NCBI GenBank assembly: GCA_963812135.1
Contig: CAWETU010000005.1
Location: 288,001-352,000 of the forward strand
Length of the DNA stretch: 64,000 nucleotides
Direction: 5' to 3'
DNA from: Vulcanimicrobiota bacterium
GTDB taxonomy: Bacteria > Vulcanimicrobiota > Vulcanimicrobiia > Eremiobacterales > Eremiobacteraceae
Under the pieces are notes generated by a model. The model had not been told where the DNA came from. It worked only from the letters and a program-made list of their open reading frames with translations, and did not search any database. This document shows, piece after piece, positions 28,860 to 40,250 of this stretch. Numbering within the stretch: position 1 is the stretch's first letter; each line of letters opens with the position of its first letter. A program made the translations under genes and the position numbers.

Positions 28860-30055
28860 AGCTCTGGGAGTTCTTAGGCGCAGCAGTCGAGACGCTGTGG
28901 GCGAACCGGATGCGCTCCATCCTCACGATGCTGGGGATCGTGATCGGCACGGCCGCAGTGATCGCGATCTTCGCGATTGGGCAATCCGCCGCCGCAGGGA
29001 TCCAAAGCCAGCTCGCGACCATCGGCAACCCGGGCATCATCATCTACCCGGACTTCCAGGTCGCGCGGGCAAATCGTGCCAGGCTGCAATGGAGCGACGT
29101 GCTCAGGCTGCGCTCGGAGTGCGCCTCATGCAGTCAGGTCTTTCCGCGGTTCGGCGCGATCTTCACGACGCGATCCGGGCACAAACAGAACGCGTTCCTG
29201 CTCGTTTCGGGGACGGATTATGTCTCGGACTTCCGCCCGCTCGCCGAGGGCCGCCGTTTCGACGCCGACGACGTCGATTCGGCGCGCTCCGTGGCCATCA
29301 TCGAGTGGGAGACGAAGCGCGAACTGTTCGGTGACCGGTCTGCGATCGGGGAGGAGATCCACGTCGGCGGACATCGGTTCACCGTCGTGGGCGTTTTTAC
29401 GAAGTTCGCGGTGCTCAACAGCGGTCCCGGGGGAGGCAGCACGTTCGTCGTCTACATCCCGTATACGACGTATCACTTGCTGCCCGGATCGAGCGTCAGG
29501 AATCTTCAAGTCTATCCGGCGCCAGGCGCATCGGTGGCCACGACGACGGCCGAGGTGTATCGGTTGTTGCAGCAGCGGTACGGCCCGAAGGCCAAGTATG
29601 CGACGTTCGACTTCACAAAGCAGGTCGGCGCCTTCCTCACGGTGATCCAGGGAGTCGCGCTCGGGATCTCTGCGATCGGCGGCATCGCGCTCGTCGTCGG
29701 CGGCATCGGCGTCATGAACATCATGCTCGTCTCGGTCAATGAGCGCACACGCGAGATCGGGATCCGCAAAGCGATCGGCGCGAAGGCGTCCGATATCGTC
29801 ATGCAGTTCCTCGTCGAGGCGGCCGCGATCACGCTCATCGGGGGTCTGATCGGGATCCTCATCGGCGCGGGCAGCGCCATCGCAGCCAATACGCTCTTCG
29901 TCACGAAGCTCACCGGAACCGTCGCCACGATACAGTGGTTGCCGATCATCGTCAGCGCGGCCGGCTTTTCGATACTGATCGGCTTGATATTCGGAACGTA
30001 CCCTGCGATCCGCGCGTCGCGACTCTCACCCGTGGACTGCCTGCGCCATGAATAA
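28856..30055 (+). CDS. MacB/YknZ-like ABC permease
   Basis: NRMRSILTMLGIVIG, GGIGVMNIMLVSVNERTREIGIRKAIGA. Confidence 0.94.
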   Translation: MKLWEFLGAAVETLWANRMRSILTMLGIVIGTAAVIAIFAIGQSAAAGIQSQLATIGNPGIIIYPDFQVARANRARLQWSDVLRLRSECASCSQVFPRFGAIFTTRSGHKQNAFLLVSGTDYVSDFRPLAEGRRFDADDVDSARSVAIIEWETKRELFGDRSAIGEEIHVGGHRFTVVGVFTKFAVLNSGPGGGSTFVVYIPYTTYHLLPGSSVRNLQVYPAPGASVATTTAEVYRLLQQRYGPKAKYATFDFTKQVGAFLTVIQGVALGISAIGGIALVVGGIGVMNIMLVSVNERTREIGIRKAIGAKASDIVMQFLVEAAAITLIGGLIGILIGAGSAIAANTLFVTKLTGTVATIQWLPIIVSAAGFSILIGLIFGTYPAIRASRLSPVDCLRHE

Positions 30056-31253
30056 GCTCCTTGAATACGTCGCGCAAGGGCTTCAAACGCTGTGGATCAA
30101 CCGGCTCCGCTCGCTCCTCACCGCGCTCGGCATCATCATCGGGGTCGGTTCGGTCATCGCCATCCTGGCGACCGGCGATTCGCTGACGAAGTCGACCCAG
30201 ACGATCCTGTCAGGATACTCGCTCGCCTGGTCGTTCGTCTCGGCGCGCCAGCAGCAGCCTGACCCTGCCAAGGCGGCCGTCCGCTTTGACGACGCGCGGC
30301 GGGTGGCGCGGCTCGTCAAGGATGCCGATGCCGTGCTGCCGATCATCGACGTCCAGATGACGGCGGACGTCAATCATCACAAAATAGACGCCGAAGTCGT
30401 CAGCGCTGGACCAGGCGAAGGCTACGATACAACGCCGCTTGCGGATGGCACGCGGTTCACCGAAAACCAAGTCGCCGCACATCAACACGTCGCGATCATC
30501 TCAGACTCGCTGCGCAACAAGCTTTTCCCGAACGAATCGCCGATGGGCCGATCGATCCGGTTGGATGGAAGCTACTATCGGATCGTGGGCGTGCAGACGC
30601 CGCCGACGACCGGCGGGCTGCTCGGTTCGTTCGCCCAGTATCCCGACGTCACCATCCCGTACACGATCGCGCCCGATCTCGGATACACGTTCGTCGCGTT
30701 TCTTGCCGTGCACGCGCCGGATCCGGCGAGTGCCGGCAAGATCGGCAATGAGGCGGCGGCGGCGCTGCGCACCATCCACGGCGAGCGCACGCAATACGAT
30801 GAAGAGGACATCCAAGGCGATAACCAGAGCATCCGCAACGTCTTCGGCGTGTTGACCGGTGTGGTCGGCGTGATCGCGGCGATCTCGCTGCTGGTCGGCG
30901 GCGTCGGCATCATGAACATCATGCTCGTCTCCGTCACCGAGCGCACGCGCGAGATCGGCATCCGCAAGGCGATCGGCGCGGCACGCACCGACATCATGTT
31001 GCAGTTCCTGATCGAGGCGGTGCTGCTGTGCCTCGCCGGAGGGCTGATCGGGTTGGCCATCGGCGTCAGCCTCGCCGAGTTGCTCATCCATACGCTCATC
31101 TCGAGCCTCACCGGTCCGACGGTCGCGTTCGATTGGTTGCCGGTCGCCGAGGTGGCGATCGGTTTCTCCGCCGGGATCGGCATCGTGTTCGGTACCTATC
31201 CCGCGATCAGAGCTTCGTTCTTGAACCCGATCGACTGCTTGCGTTATGAATAA
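30048..31253 (+). CDS. MacB/YknZ-like ABC permease (paralog)
   Basis: NRLRSLLTALGIIIG, GIMNIMLVSVTERTREIGIRKAIGA. Confidence 0.94.
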   Translation: MNKLLEYVAQGLQTLWINRLRSLLTALGIIIGVGSVIAILATGDSLTKSTQTILSGYSLAWSFVSARQQQPDPAKAAVRFDDARRVARLVKDADAVLPIIDVQMTADVNHHKIDAEVVSAGPGEGYDTTPLADGTRFTENQVAAHQHVAIISDSLRNKLFPNESPMGRSIRLDGSYYRIVGVQTPPTTGGLLGSFAQYPDVTIPYTIAPDLGYTFVAFLAVHAPDPASAGKIGNEAAAALRTIHGERTQYDEEDIQGDNQSIRNVFGVLTGVVGVIAAISLLVGGVGIMNIMLVSVTERTREIGIRKAIGAARTDIMLQFLIEAVLLCLAGGLIGLAIGVSLAELLIHTLISSLTGPTVAFDWLPVAEVAIGFSAGIGIVFGTYPAIRASFLNPIDCLRYE

Positions 31254-31971
31254 CGTCATCGAGATCGAGCAGCTGACCAAGACCTACATGATCGGCGACA
31301 TCAAGGTTCCGGCGCTGCGCGGTATTTCGTTCACCGTGGCGCCCGGCGAATACGTGGCGATCATGGGACCGTCTGGATCGGGCAAATCGACGCTGATGAA
31401 CCTGATCGGTTGTTTGGACAAGCCGACCACCGGGCTGTATCGTCTCGACGGCGTCGATGTCGGAGCGCAGAACGACCAGCAGTTGGCCGCGATCCGGCTC
31501 AAGAAGCTCGGCTTCGTCTTTCAGGGGTTTAATCTGTTGCCGCGGACGTCTGCCGTGCGCAACGTCGCGCTGCCGCTCTTCTATTCGGGCGACCGCGACC
31601 GCGAAGCGAAGGCCAAGGCCGTGCTTGAGAAGGTCGGGCTTGGCGATCGCATCTACCACCGGCCCAACGAACTATCAGGCGGCCAACAGCAGCGCGTGGC
31701 CATCGCGCGAGCTTTGGTAAACGACCCAGCTCTTGTGCTTGCGGACGAGCCGACCGGTAACCTCGACTCAGCGACCGCGGACAGTATCATGGGACTATTT
31801 CAACAGCTCAACGGCGAAGGCCACACGATCATCATGGTGACCCACGACGAAGATATCGCGAAATACTCGAAGCGCATCATCCGGCTGCGCGACGGGTTGG
31901 TAATCGAAGACGCGCCGGTCGCTGACCAGACGATCGCCGGCCGAATAAATTCGGCCGCTACATCAGGTTAG
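31246..31971 (+). CDS. ABC transporter ATP-binding protein (LolD/YknY-like)
   Basis: [33 protein letters not shown]. Confidence 0.96.
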   Translation: MNNVIEIEQLTKTYMIGDIKVPALRGISFTVAPGEYVAIMGPSGSGKSTLMNLIGCLDKPTTGLYRLDGVDVGAQNDQQLAAIRLKKLGFVFQGFNLLPRTSAVRNVALPLFYSGDRDREAKAKAVLEKVGLGDRIYHRPNELSGGQQQRVAIARALVNDPALVLADEPTGNLDSATADSIMGLFQQLNGEGHTIIMVTHDEDIAKYSKRIIRLRDGLVIEDAPVADQTIAGRINSAATSG

Positions 31972-32001
31972 ACGGTCGAATAAATTCGACCGCTACATCA
32001 G
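31938..32001. repeat. Two tandem GTAG-type REP palindromes
   Basis: CGGCCGAATAAATTCGGCCGCTACATCAG (31938) and CGGTCGAATAAATTCGACCGCTACATCAG (31973). Confidence 0.9.
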
Positions 32002-32612
32002 TAGGCGATGACAAGCGCTTGATGGATGTAATCCTTGCGCGGCAGCTCGCGCACGATGAAGTCGGCGAGATCGGCCCGCGACACGCGCCAGCCGCCTTGC
32101 GGCGCGCCGGCGGTCGATAGCCGGTAGCCGCCGGTCCGCGGTCCGTCGCGCAGGATCGGCGGGCGCACGATCGTCCAGTCCAGCCCGCTTTTGAATATCT
32201 CCATCTCCTGACGTTCTTTGTCGTCGAAGACGCGCTGCAAGAACAGAGGACGCACGATCTTCTCGAAGAGGAAGCCGCCTTCGATGTCGCTCGCGCTCGT
32301 GACGACGATGAGGCGGCCGACGCCTTGGCTTTTCATCGCGGCGATGATGCGCACGATCGATTGGGAGCAGATCGAGTCGTCGGCGCGTGGAGCGGGTCCG
32401 AGCGTGGAAACGACCGCGTCTTGGCCGGCGATAGCCTCTTCGACCGAGCGCTCGTCGAGCACGTCACCGACGACGACGCGCAACTTGGGATGCTCGATCC
32501 CATCGGGAAAGCGCTCGCGAACGAACGCGGTGACCGCATGGCCCTTTTCGAGCGCCTGCTCGACGACGAGGCGCCCAGTCCGCCCGGACGCGCCGAAAAC
32601 GACGACTTTCAT
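31998..32612 (-). CDS. NAD(P)H-binding SDR/flavin reductase-like protein
   Basis: VVFGASGRTGR, GDVLD, SGLDWTIVRP, VSRADLA. Confidence 0.92.
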   Translation of the reverse strand: MKVVVFGASGRTGRLVVEQALEKGHAVTAFVRERFPDGIEHPKLRVVVGDVLDERSVEEAIAGQDAVVSTLGPAPRADDSICSQSIVRIIAAMKSQGVGRLIVVTSASDIEGGFLFEKIVRPLFLQRVFDDKERQEMEIFKSGLDWTIVRPPILRDGPRTGGYRLSTAGAPQGGWRVSRADLADFIVRELPRKDYIHQALVIAY

Positions 32613-32653
32613 ACGTGTTCCGTGCGACGTGCGCGGCTGTCAGGCGGCTCTCC

Positions 32654-32688
32654 TTGACGGTTTAGCACTCGGACTGGTATAGTGCTAA
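32654..32688 (+). promoter_or_regulatory. CIRCE element (HrcA operator) overlapping a sigma70-type promoter
   Basis: TTAGCACTC-N9-TAGTGCTAA (32662-32688, one mismatch to consensus); TTGACG(32654)-N18-TATAGT(32678). Confidence 0.9.
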
Positions 32689-32804
32689 GGCATCGAAAAA
32701 GCCTCGATTTGGGCCACGTTATGGGACGCTTGGGTATCCCCAGACTCGTCCCAGGAACATCAGTCACCATCAGAAGGTAGTCAGCATGGGCGGTCCCATG
32801 CACC

Positions 32805-32826
32805 GGCGGCGAACGCCGCCTTTTTT
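32805..32826 (+). terminator. Intrinsic terminator within the htrA leader
   Basis: GGCGGC-GAAC-GCCGCC-TTTTTT. Confidence 0.75.
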
Positions 32827-32875
32827 CGCATGACAACCTTGGTGCAGGTTTAGCTTTAGGAGAAAAGACGATCCC

Positions 32876-34057
32876 ATGAGTTCCCCAACACGCAATACTT
32901 TGCTCGTCGGCGCGGTCGGCGTGCTCGTCGGCGCTGCGCTCGTCACCAACTGGCAGAGCCTCCGCGCGACGCACAACCCCGTCGCCGTGGCGCCGGCTGC
33001 GAGCGCCGCATACGCGGCCGCGCTGCATTCGGATGACCTCGAGCAGCGCATCATCGAAGCGGTCAAGCGCGCCGAGCCCTCGGTCGTGCTCATCCGCTCC
33101 ACGCTGCACGGCCAGCAGATCGATCCATTCAGCCAGTTCTTCGGCCAGTCCGGACCCGGCGGCGCGCAGGGCGAGCCCTTCATCGCGCACGCGTCCGGCA
33201 GCGGCTTCATCTTTAGAAAAGACGGCGACACCGCGTACGTCGCGACGAACGCGCACGTCGTGTACAGCGCCGATAAGATCGAAGTGCTCTTGGCCAACGG
33301 CCGCAAGGTCCAAGCCGAGAAGGTCGGCTCTGACATCCGTACCGACCTTGCCGTCCTGCGCATCACCGGCAGCAACCTGCCGCCGGCTCTGCCGCTGGGC
33401 GATTCCAACGCGCTCCAGCAAGGCCAGTTCGTGCTGGCGATCGGCGAGCCTGAGTCCTTCCAGAACTCGGTGAGCCTGGGCATCGTGTCCGCGTTACACC
33501 GCTCCGACATCACGGCGGGCGGCGACGGCACGTTCAACATCCCATCGATCAAGTACAGTGATCTCTTGCAGACCACGGCGCCGATCAATCCCGGCAACTC
33601 GGGCGGTCCGCTCGTCACCATCGCCGGGCAGGTCGTCGGCATCGCCGCGGTCGTCGATCCGCGCGCGCAGAACATCGGTTTCGCGATCCCGATCAATGCG
33701 GCGCAGCCGATCATCGCGCAGCTCGAGACCCACAAGACGATCAGCCACCCGTACATCGGCGTCGCTATGACGTCGCTATCCGACCGCATCGCCAACTATC
33801 TCGGCTACGACGGCAAAGAGGGGATCGTGGTGACCCAGGTCGTGCCGGGCAGCCCCGCCGACAAGGTGGGCTTGCAGCAAGGCGACGTGATCGTCGAGAT
33901 CAACCATACCAAGGTCAAGGAGCCTGCGGACGTGGCGAACACCGTCTCCAAGCTCAAGACCGGGGATAAGGTCACGCTGCTGGTGTGGCGCAAGGGAGCA
34001 CTTACGCCCTACGACGTCACGCTGGCGGACATGCCCGAACAGCTGCCCCAGGGATGA
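32876..34057 (+). CDS. htrA: HtrA/DegP-family serine protease with one PDZ domain
   Basis: GSGFI, TNAHVV, TDLAVL, INPGNSGGPL, C-terminal PDZ. Confidence 0.95.
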   Translation: MSSPTRNTLLVGAVGVLVGAALVTNWQSLRATHNPVAVAPAASAAYAAALHSDDLEQRIIEAVKRAEPSVVLIRSTLHGQQIDPFSQFFGQSGPGGAQGEPFIAHASGSGFIFRKDGDTAYVATNAHVVYSADKIEVLLANGRKVQAEKVGSDIRTDLAVLRITGSNLPPALPLGDSNALQQGQFVLAIGEPESFQNSVSLGIVSALHRSDITAGGDGTFNIPSIKYSDLLQTTAPINPGNSGGPLVTIAGQVVGIAAVVDPRAQNIGFAIPINAAQPIIAQLETHKTISHPYIGVAMTSLSDRIANYLGYDGKEGIVVTQVVPGSPADKVGLQQGDVIVEINHTKVKEPADVANTVSKLKTGDKVTLLVWRKGALTPYDVTLADMPEQLPQG

Positions 34058-34127
34058 TCGGGAAGGCTGCTTAGCCCGGCATAGTCCGGGTACGATAGAC
34101 CCACACAACCAGTCCCAGAAGCAAAAA

Positions 34128-34162
34128 GGCGACGCGCTCGCGAAGTGAGCGCGTCCCCTACA
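34128..34162. repeat. Hairpin plus CTAC, possible second GTAG-type REP class
   Basis: GACGCGCTCGC-GAA-GTGAGCGCGTC then CCCTACA; single copy in the window. Confidence 0.45.
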
Positions 34163-34178
34163 TTTCAGAGGAGTCGTT

Positions 34179-36059
<1,881 letters not shown>

Positions 36060-36069
36060 GGCGCCGGCG

Positions 36070-36648
36070 ATGCCCGAAGTCAACCCGACCGACGAGTTCG
36101 ACTCGCTCTCGAGCGGCGCGCTGCCGGGCGTCGACGCGGCCGAAGACGATGCGCGCTCGAACGGCGAGCGGCGCGCCCAGACGTCGTTATCCGACCAGCT
36201 GGAGGAATCGCGCGCGCAGACCCAAGAGCAGAAAAACCTCTACATGCGCGCGCTCGCCGACTACGACAACTACCGCAAGCGGGTCGAACGCGACATCCAG
36301 GACCTCTCCGAACGCGGCCGGCGGGATCTGCTCAAGCGGATCCTGCCCGTGCTCGACAACCTCGCGCGCGCAGAGGAGTACCGCAAGGCCGGCGCCCCGG
36401 TCGAGAAGATCATAGACGGCGTGATGCAGACCTCCAAGCAACTGCTCGCCGCGCTCGAAGCGGAGAAGGTCCGTCCGATCGAGGTCGTCGGCAAGCCGTT
36501 CGACCCTTCGATCGCCGAGGCCGTGGCGACGCAGCCGGCGGCCGATGGCGTCGAGGACAATACGGTCGTGGCCGAAGCGGCGAAAGGCTACTACATGGGC
36601 GATGACGTGTTGCGGCCGGCACAGGTCGTCGTGGCCAAGAAGATGTAG
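36070..36648 (+). CDS. grpE: Nucleotide exchange factor GrpE
   Basis: RALADYDNYRKR, LPVLDNL, FDPSIAEAV, LRPAQVVV. Confidence 0.96.
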   Translation: MPEVNPTDEFDSLSSGALPGVDAAEDDARSNGERRAQTSLSDQLEESRAQTQEQKNLYMRALADYDNYRKRVERDIQDLSERGRRDLLKRILPVLDNLARAEEYRKAGAPVEKIIDGVMQTSKQLLAALEAEKVRPIEVVGKPFDPSIAEAVATQPAADGVEDNTVVAEAAKGYYMGDDVLRPAQVVVAKKM

Positions 36649-36650
36649 AA

Positions 36651-36701
36651 CCCGAGCGACGCTCGGGTGGCTAGCCCGGGCGAATGCTCGGGCTTTCTTT
36701 T
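36651..36701 (+). terminator. Double hairpin with U-tract between grpE and dnaJ
   Basis: CCCGAGC-GAC-GCTCGGG, then AGCCCGGGC-GAAT-GCTCGGGCT-TTCTTTT. Confidence 0.65.
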
Positions 36702-37748
36702 ATGCCGCTGCAATACAAAGACTACTACCAGATCCTCGGCGTTCCGAAGACCGCCTCCGCTAAGGAGATCAAAGCGGCCTATCGGAAGCTGGCTCGCAAG
36801 TGGCATCCCGACGTCAACCCCACCAAGAAGAACGAATCCGAGGAGAAATTCAAAGAGATCTCCGAGGCCAACGAGGTTCTGAGCGACCCCGAGAAGCGAA
36901 AGCGCTACGACACGCTCGGCCCTAACTGGCAGCAGCAGGCGCAAGAATACACGCAGCGCGGCGGCGGGTTCTCGCCGGGCGGCGGGGGTTTCTCGCCCGG
37001 CGGCGACGGCGTGCACTACGAGTTCCACGATTTCGGCGGCAACGGCGAAGGCACGGACTTCTCCGACTTCTTCAACACCTTCTTCAGCGATTTCCGCGCG
37101 CGCGGCCCGACGTCGACGTCGCGTTCCGCAACGCGTCGCGGCATCCGGGGCAACGACGCAGAGTATGGCATCGAGCTCACGCTGCGCGACGCGTACGCGG
37201 GCGGCACGCGCCAGCTCACCGTGCAAACGCAAGCACGGTGCCCGCGTTGCGGCGGTACTGGGACCGTCAACGGCAAACTGTGCCACGAGTGCCGCGGCAC
37301 CGGGGCGATCGACGTCACGAAGAAGCTCGACGTCACCATTCCGCGCGGTGTCAAAGATGGGCAGCGCATCAGGCTCGTTGGGCAGGGCGGGCTCGGATTC
37401 GGCGGCGGCCCGAACGGCGATCTCTACTTGGTCGTGCATCTCGCGCACGACCCGATCTTCGAACGCAGCGGCGATGACCTCCGAGAAGAACATCCGGTGA
37501 GCGTCTATACGCTGGTGCTCGGCGGCGAGACCACCGTGCCCACGATGACCGGCAAGATCGACATGCGCATCCCGCCGCTCTCGCAGAACGGCCGCGTGCT
37601 GCGTGTGCCAGGCAAGGGTATGCCGAAGCTGCGCGGCGGCGGTTACGGCGACCTTTATGTGAAAGTCCTGGCAGAAATGCCGACCCAACCGACTGACGAA
37701 GAGCGCGAGCTGTGGCAACGGCTCGCAGAAGTGGCGAAGGCACGCTGA
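36702..37748 (+). CDS. dnaJ: DnaJ/CbpA-type co-chaperone
   Basis: J domain ([16 protein letters not shown]), G/F region, two CxxCxGxG motifs, C-terminal domain. Confidence 0.92.
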   Translation: MPLQYKDYYQILGVPKTASAKEIKAAYRKLARKWHPDVNPTKKNESEEKFKEISEANEVLSDPEKRKRYDTLGPNWQQQAQEYTQRGGGFSPGGGGFSPGGDGVHYEFHDFGGNGEGTDFSDFFNTFFSDFRARGPTSTSRSATRRGIRGNDAEYGIELTLRDAYAGGTRQLTVQTQARCPRCGGTGTVNGKLCHECRGTGAIDVTKKLDVTIPRGVKDGQRIRLVGQGGLGFGGGPNGDLYLVVHLAHDPIFERSGDDLREEHPVSVYTLVLGGETTVPTMTGKIDMRIPPLSQNGRVLRVPGKGMPKLRGGGYGDLYVKVLAEMPTQPTDEERELWQRLAEVAKAR

Positions 37749-38017
37749 TGGAGACCGACGTCGGGACCGAGCTCTACGCGATCACGGCAGTGGTGGCCCA
37801 GTTCGAAGTGGCGCCGGAGACGCTGATCCGCTACGAGCGTGCCGGTTTGGTGCGCCCAGTGCTGGTCAACGAAGTCCGCTTCTATTCGACCGCCGACGTC
37901 GACCGGCTCAACACGATCCGCCGCATGACCGACATCATGGGGATCAACCTCGCGGGCGTCGATGTCGTGCTCAGGTTATTAGAAGAGATTCGCCTTCTGC
38001 AACGCCAGCTCGAGTAA
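37748..38017 (+). CDS. MerR-type HTH protein (CbpM/HspR-like)
   Basis: TGATG overlap; ETLIRYERAGLVRP..FYSTADVDRL..GINLAGVDVVL. Confidence 0.85.
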   Translation: METDVGTELYAITAVVAQFEVAPETLIRYERAGLVRPVLVNEVRFYSTADVDRLNTIRRMTDIMGINLAGVDVVLRLLEEIRLLQRQLE

Positions 38018-38024
38018 ATCCGGG

Positions 38025-38666
38025 CTAGCAGTCGCTGCCTATCTGGATCGCGACGACTTGGCCGGACCGTATGACGAAATACTTCAGCTCGCTGCAATAT
38101 TTCTCCGACCTGCGATAGACATACACCTTATCGGACGTATCGGCCCCGAAGTGCGCAAAACCTGGCCCGTAGACACGTATCACGTCCGCCTCCGGGGATC
38201 CGAGGCGTATGCCGGTGTGCGTTCGCAAATCGCCGAGCGCGTGGAAATGGATCGGCGCAAGCGGCCACGCCTCGAATAGCGCCTCTTCCCGTTCCATGCA
38301 ACAATGATGAACGTAGTGGACGGCTCCGCTGAGTGGATCGCCTTCGACCCACGAATGCCCGTAGGCGGTGTCGAACTTGGTGCCTTCCTCAAGCGTTCGT
38401 TCCCCGGGCCTGCCGAAACGCGATTCCGGACACGGCGTGTCCGCGGATAATGCGTCCTGGATGCAATCCCGGATGTCGGATGCCACCGAGTACGCGGCGC
38501 CGCTCTCTCCGAGATCCGGACCGTGAAGCAGATCGCGCGTGGCGCTGGCGACAGACGTGTTCACCCACAGCTCCACACCGAACCACAGCCAAACGAAACG
38601 CAAGGCCAGCCCTACGACGAGGACGATCGCAACAACAACTAATAGCGAACCGACATTGCGCGGCAT
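38025..38666 (-). CDS. Membrane-anchored hypothetical protein
   Basis: N-terminal TM, Cys-containing domain, GIRLGSPEADVIRVYG. Confidence 0.65.
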   Translation of the reverse strand: MPRNVGSLLVVVAIVLVVGLALRFVWLWFGVELWVNTSVASATRDLLHGPDLGESGAAYSVASDIRDCIQDALSADTPCPESRFGRPGERTLEEGTKFDTAYGHSWVEGDPLSGAVHYVHHCCMEREEALFEAWPLAPIHFHALGDLRTHTGIRLGSPEADVIRVYGPGFAHFGADTSDKVYVYRRSEKYCSELKYFVIRSGQVVAIQIGSDC

Positions 38667-38679
38667 AAGCGTTCGGACC

Positions 38680-40113
38680 TCACTGCGTGGGTTGCGCGTG
38701 CCAGAGCGTGATGCCCTGGCCGCCGAACCCTATGTAGTCATACGTCCGCGGCGACGTCCAGAGCGCGATGCCGGGCCGATTGCTGATGAAATAGCCGACG
38801 AGCGCATCGGGCGTGTGCGCAAGCGTTTTCGTGTAGCGCCTTCCGTGAACGTCGACGATCTGGATCACCGGCGTCTTTCCAACCATCCGCAATGTGGCCT
38901 CGCGCATGGTGCTCTTTTTGAAATGGACGACGAGCGGATATTTGCGATCGCTCCAAAAGTACCAGAAACGGATAAGATTGCACGCCGCGTGCCCATAGTC
39001 GAGACGAAGGATTCCCGGGTCGAGGCGTGTGCCGATGAGTTCGGCATCCCCGATCGGCAGGTCGGAGAACGGGATGCCGGTCAAGTCACCGATGTCTGCG
39101 GCTGCGTTTGCGCAGCTGCGCAATCGCCACGAGAGCCAGTTCACCGCCTCGTTGAAATTGCCGACCGGGATGACGTGCATGCCGAACGTGCCGCGCACCT
39201 CATCGTAATTCTGCCACGGCACGAGAAAGATCGTCGCCCCTTGACGCTTGGCAGCGATGATCTTCTGCCGCGCGCCGACGATCGGCCCCACATTGCCCTC
39301 GTCGTCGATGACGCCGGTACCCGCCACATTCTCGCCGTGCGTGAGATCGGCATGGGTCAGCGTGCGGTAGATCTGCAGCGCGAACATCAGACCGCTCGAA
39401 CCGCCGCTCTGATACCACGGCAGTGAATATGTGACGACAATCGGCACGTTGCCGATCTTGTCGAACTGCGAGAGCGTGACGCCGAAGCGCGGTTTACCGC
39501 CGATCGGCTCGGTTGTGCAGCGCAGCGTCTTGGCGGCGGCGCCGCGTTGGACGCGCACGGCGAACGCGGAACCGACCGGCTTCGATTCTGCCGCCTGCGC
39601 GAGCGTGCGCACGCTGTCGATCGGAGCGCCGTCGACGTTGACAAGCTCGTCGCGCAGCGCGAAGCATTGGGGCGCCTTGCGTTTGCGATACAATCCGCCG
39701 ATCGAGATGATGCGTTTGAATTCGACCGGCAGTCCCGCAGCGCGCGCGGCGACGACCTCTGCGCTATGCTTGCCCTCTTCTTGCGATGCATAGCTCGCGC
39801 GGATGACGTCGAAATCGCTCATGTTCGGCGGCGCCATCTCCGTGCGAGGCACGATCTCCACGCCCGGCAGCAGCTTGGCGGCGAGCAGAGTCGCGGGTCG
39901 GCCCGGCAGCGGGATGATCGTCGTGTCGAACAGCGAGCCACCGGGAGGCGGGCTGGCGCCGCTCACGTGGACGACGTGGTTCAAGTCCTCGGCCGCCCAT
40001 GGGCCGATGACGTAGTATGGCAACGGCCAAAAGCCCAAGATGGCGACCACGAGCGCGATCGGCACGGCGCGCACGAGAAAGCGCTGCAGTTTCTTGCGAC
40101 GTTCGTCGTCCAC
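38680..40113 (-). CDS. PDZ plus Lon-like (S16) protease, YlbL family, with C-terminal extension
   Basis: LPYYVIGP, PDZ-like region, GGSSGLMFAL, VAGTGVIDDEGNVGPIVGARQK, IFLVP..N. Confidence 0.85.
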   Translation of the reverse strand: MDDERRKKLQRFLVRAVPIALVVAILGFWPLPYYVIGPWAAEDLNHVVHVSGASPPPGGSLFDTTIIPLPGRPATLLAAKLLPGVEIVPRTEMAPPNMSDFDVIRASYASQEEGKHSAEVVAARAAGLPVEFKRIISIGGLYRKRKAPQCFALRDELVNVDGAPIDSVRTLAQAAESKPVGSAFAVRVQRGAAAKTLRCTTEPIGGKPRFGVTLSQFDKIGNVPIVVTYSLPWYQSGGSSGLMFALQIYRTLTHADLTHGENVAGTGVIDDEGNVGPIVGARQKIIAAKRQGATIFLVPWQNYDEVRGTFGMHVIPVGNFNEAVNWLSWRLRSCANAAADIGDLTGIPFSDLPIGDAELIGTRLDPGILRLDYGHAACNLIRFWYFWSDRKYPLVVHFKKSTMREATLRMVGKTPVIQIVDVHGRRYTKTLAHTPDALVGYFISNRPGIALWTSPRTYDYIGFGGQGITLWHAQPTQ

Positions 40114-40250
40114 AGTGCGGCGTTTTGCACGGCGCGGAAGCCGACCCCTTGGGGGACGGCAAGAAGTCTCCGGCGTCGACGCGAAAGCAGTCGGACGAGC
40201 CCGCGCACGAGAGCGCGGGACCACAACGGCCTTCTGGAGGCGCAAATCCG

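Noticed and set aside
31938..32001. REP doublets as a mini CRISPR array
   Set aside because: Only 2-3 units per locus, short irregular spacers, dispersed copies and no cas genes.
32718..32730. 13-bp match GTTATGGGACGCT between the htrA leader and the right TIR (2993-3005, reverse strand)
   Set aside because: Short, isolated, with no flanking similarity; plausible by chance.
34058..34178. HAIR operator for an HspR upstream of dnaK
   Set aside because: No CTTGAGT-N7-ACTCAAG-like sequence found.
36961..37005. GGGFSP tandem repeat in dnaJ
   Set aside because: Ordinary G/F-rich linker.
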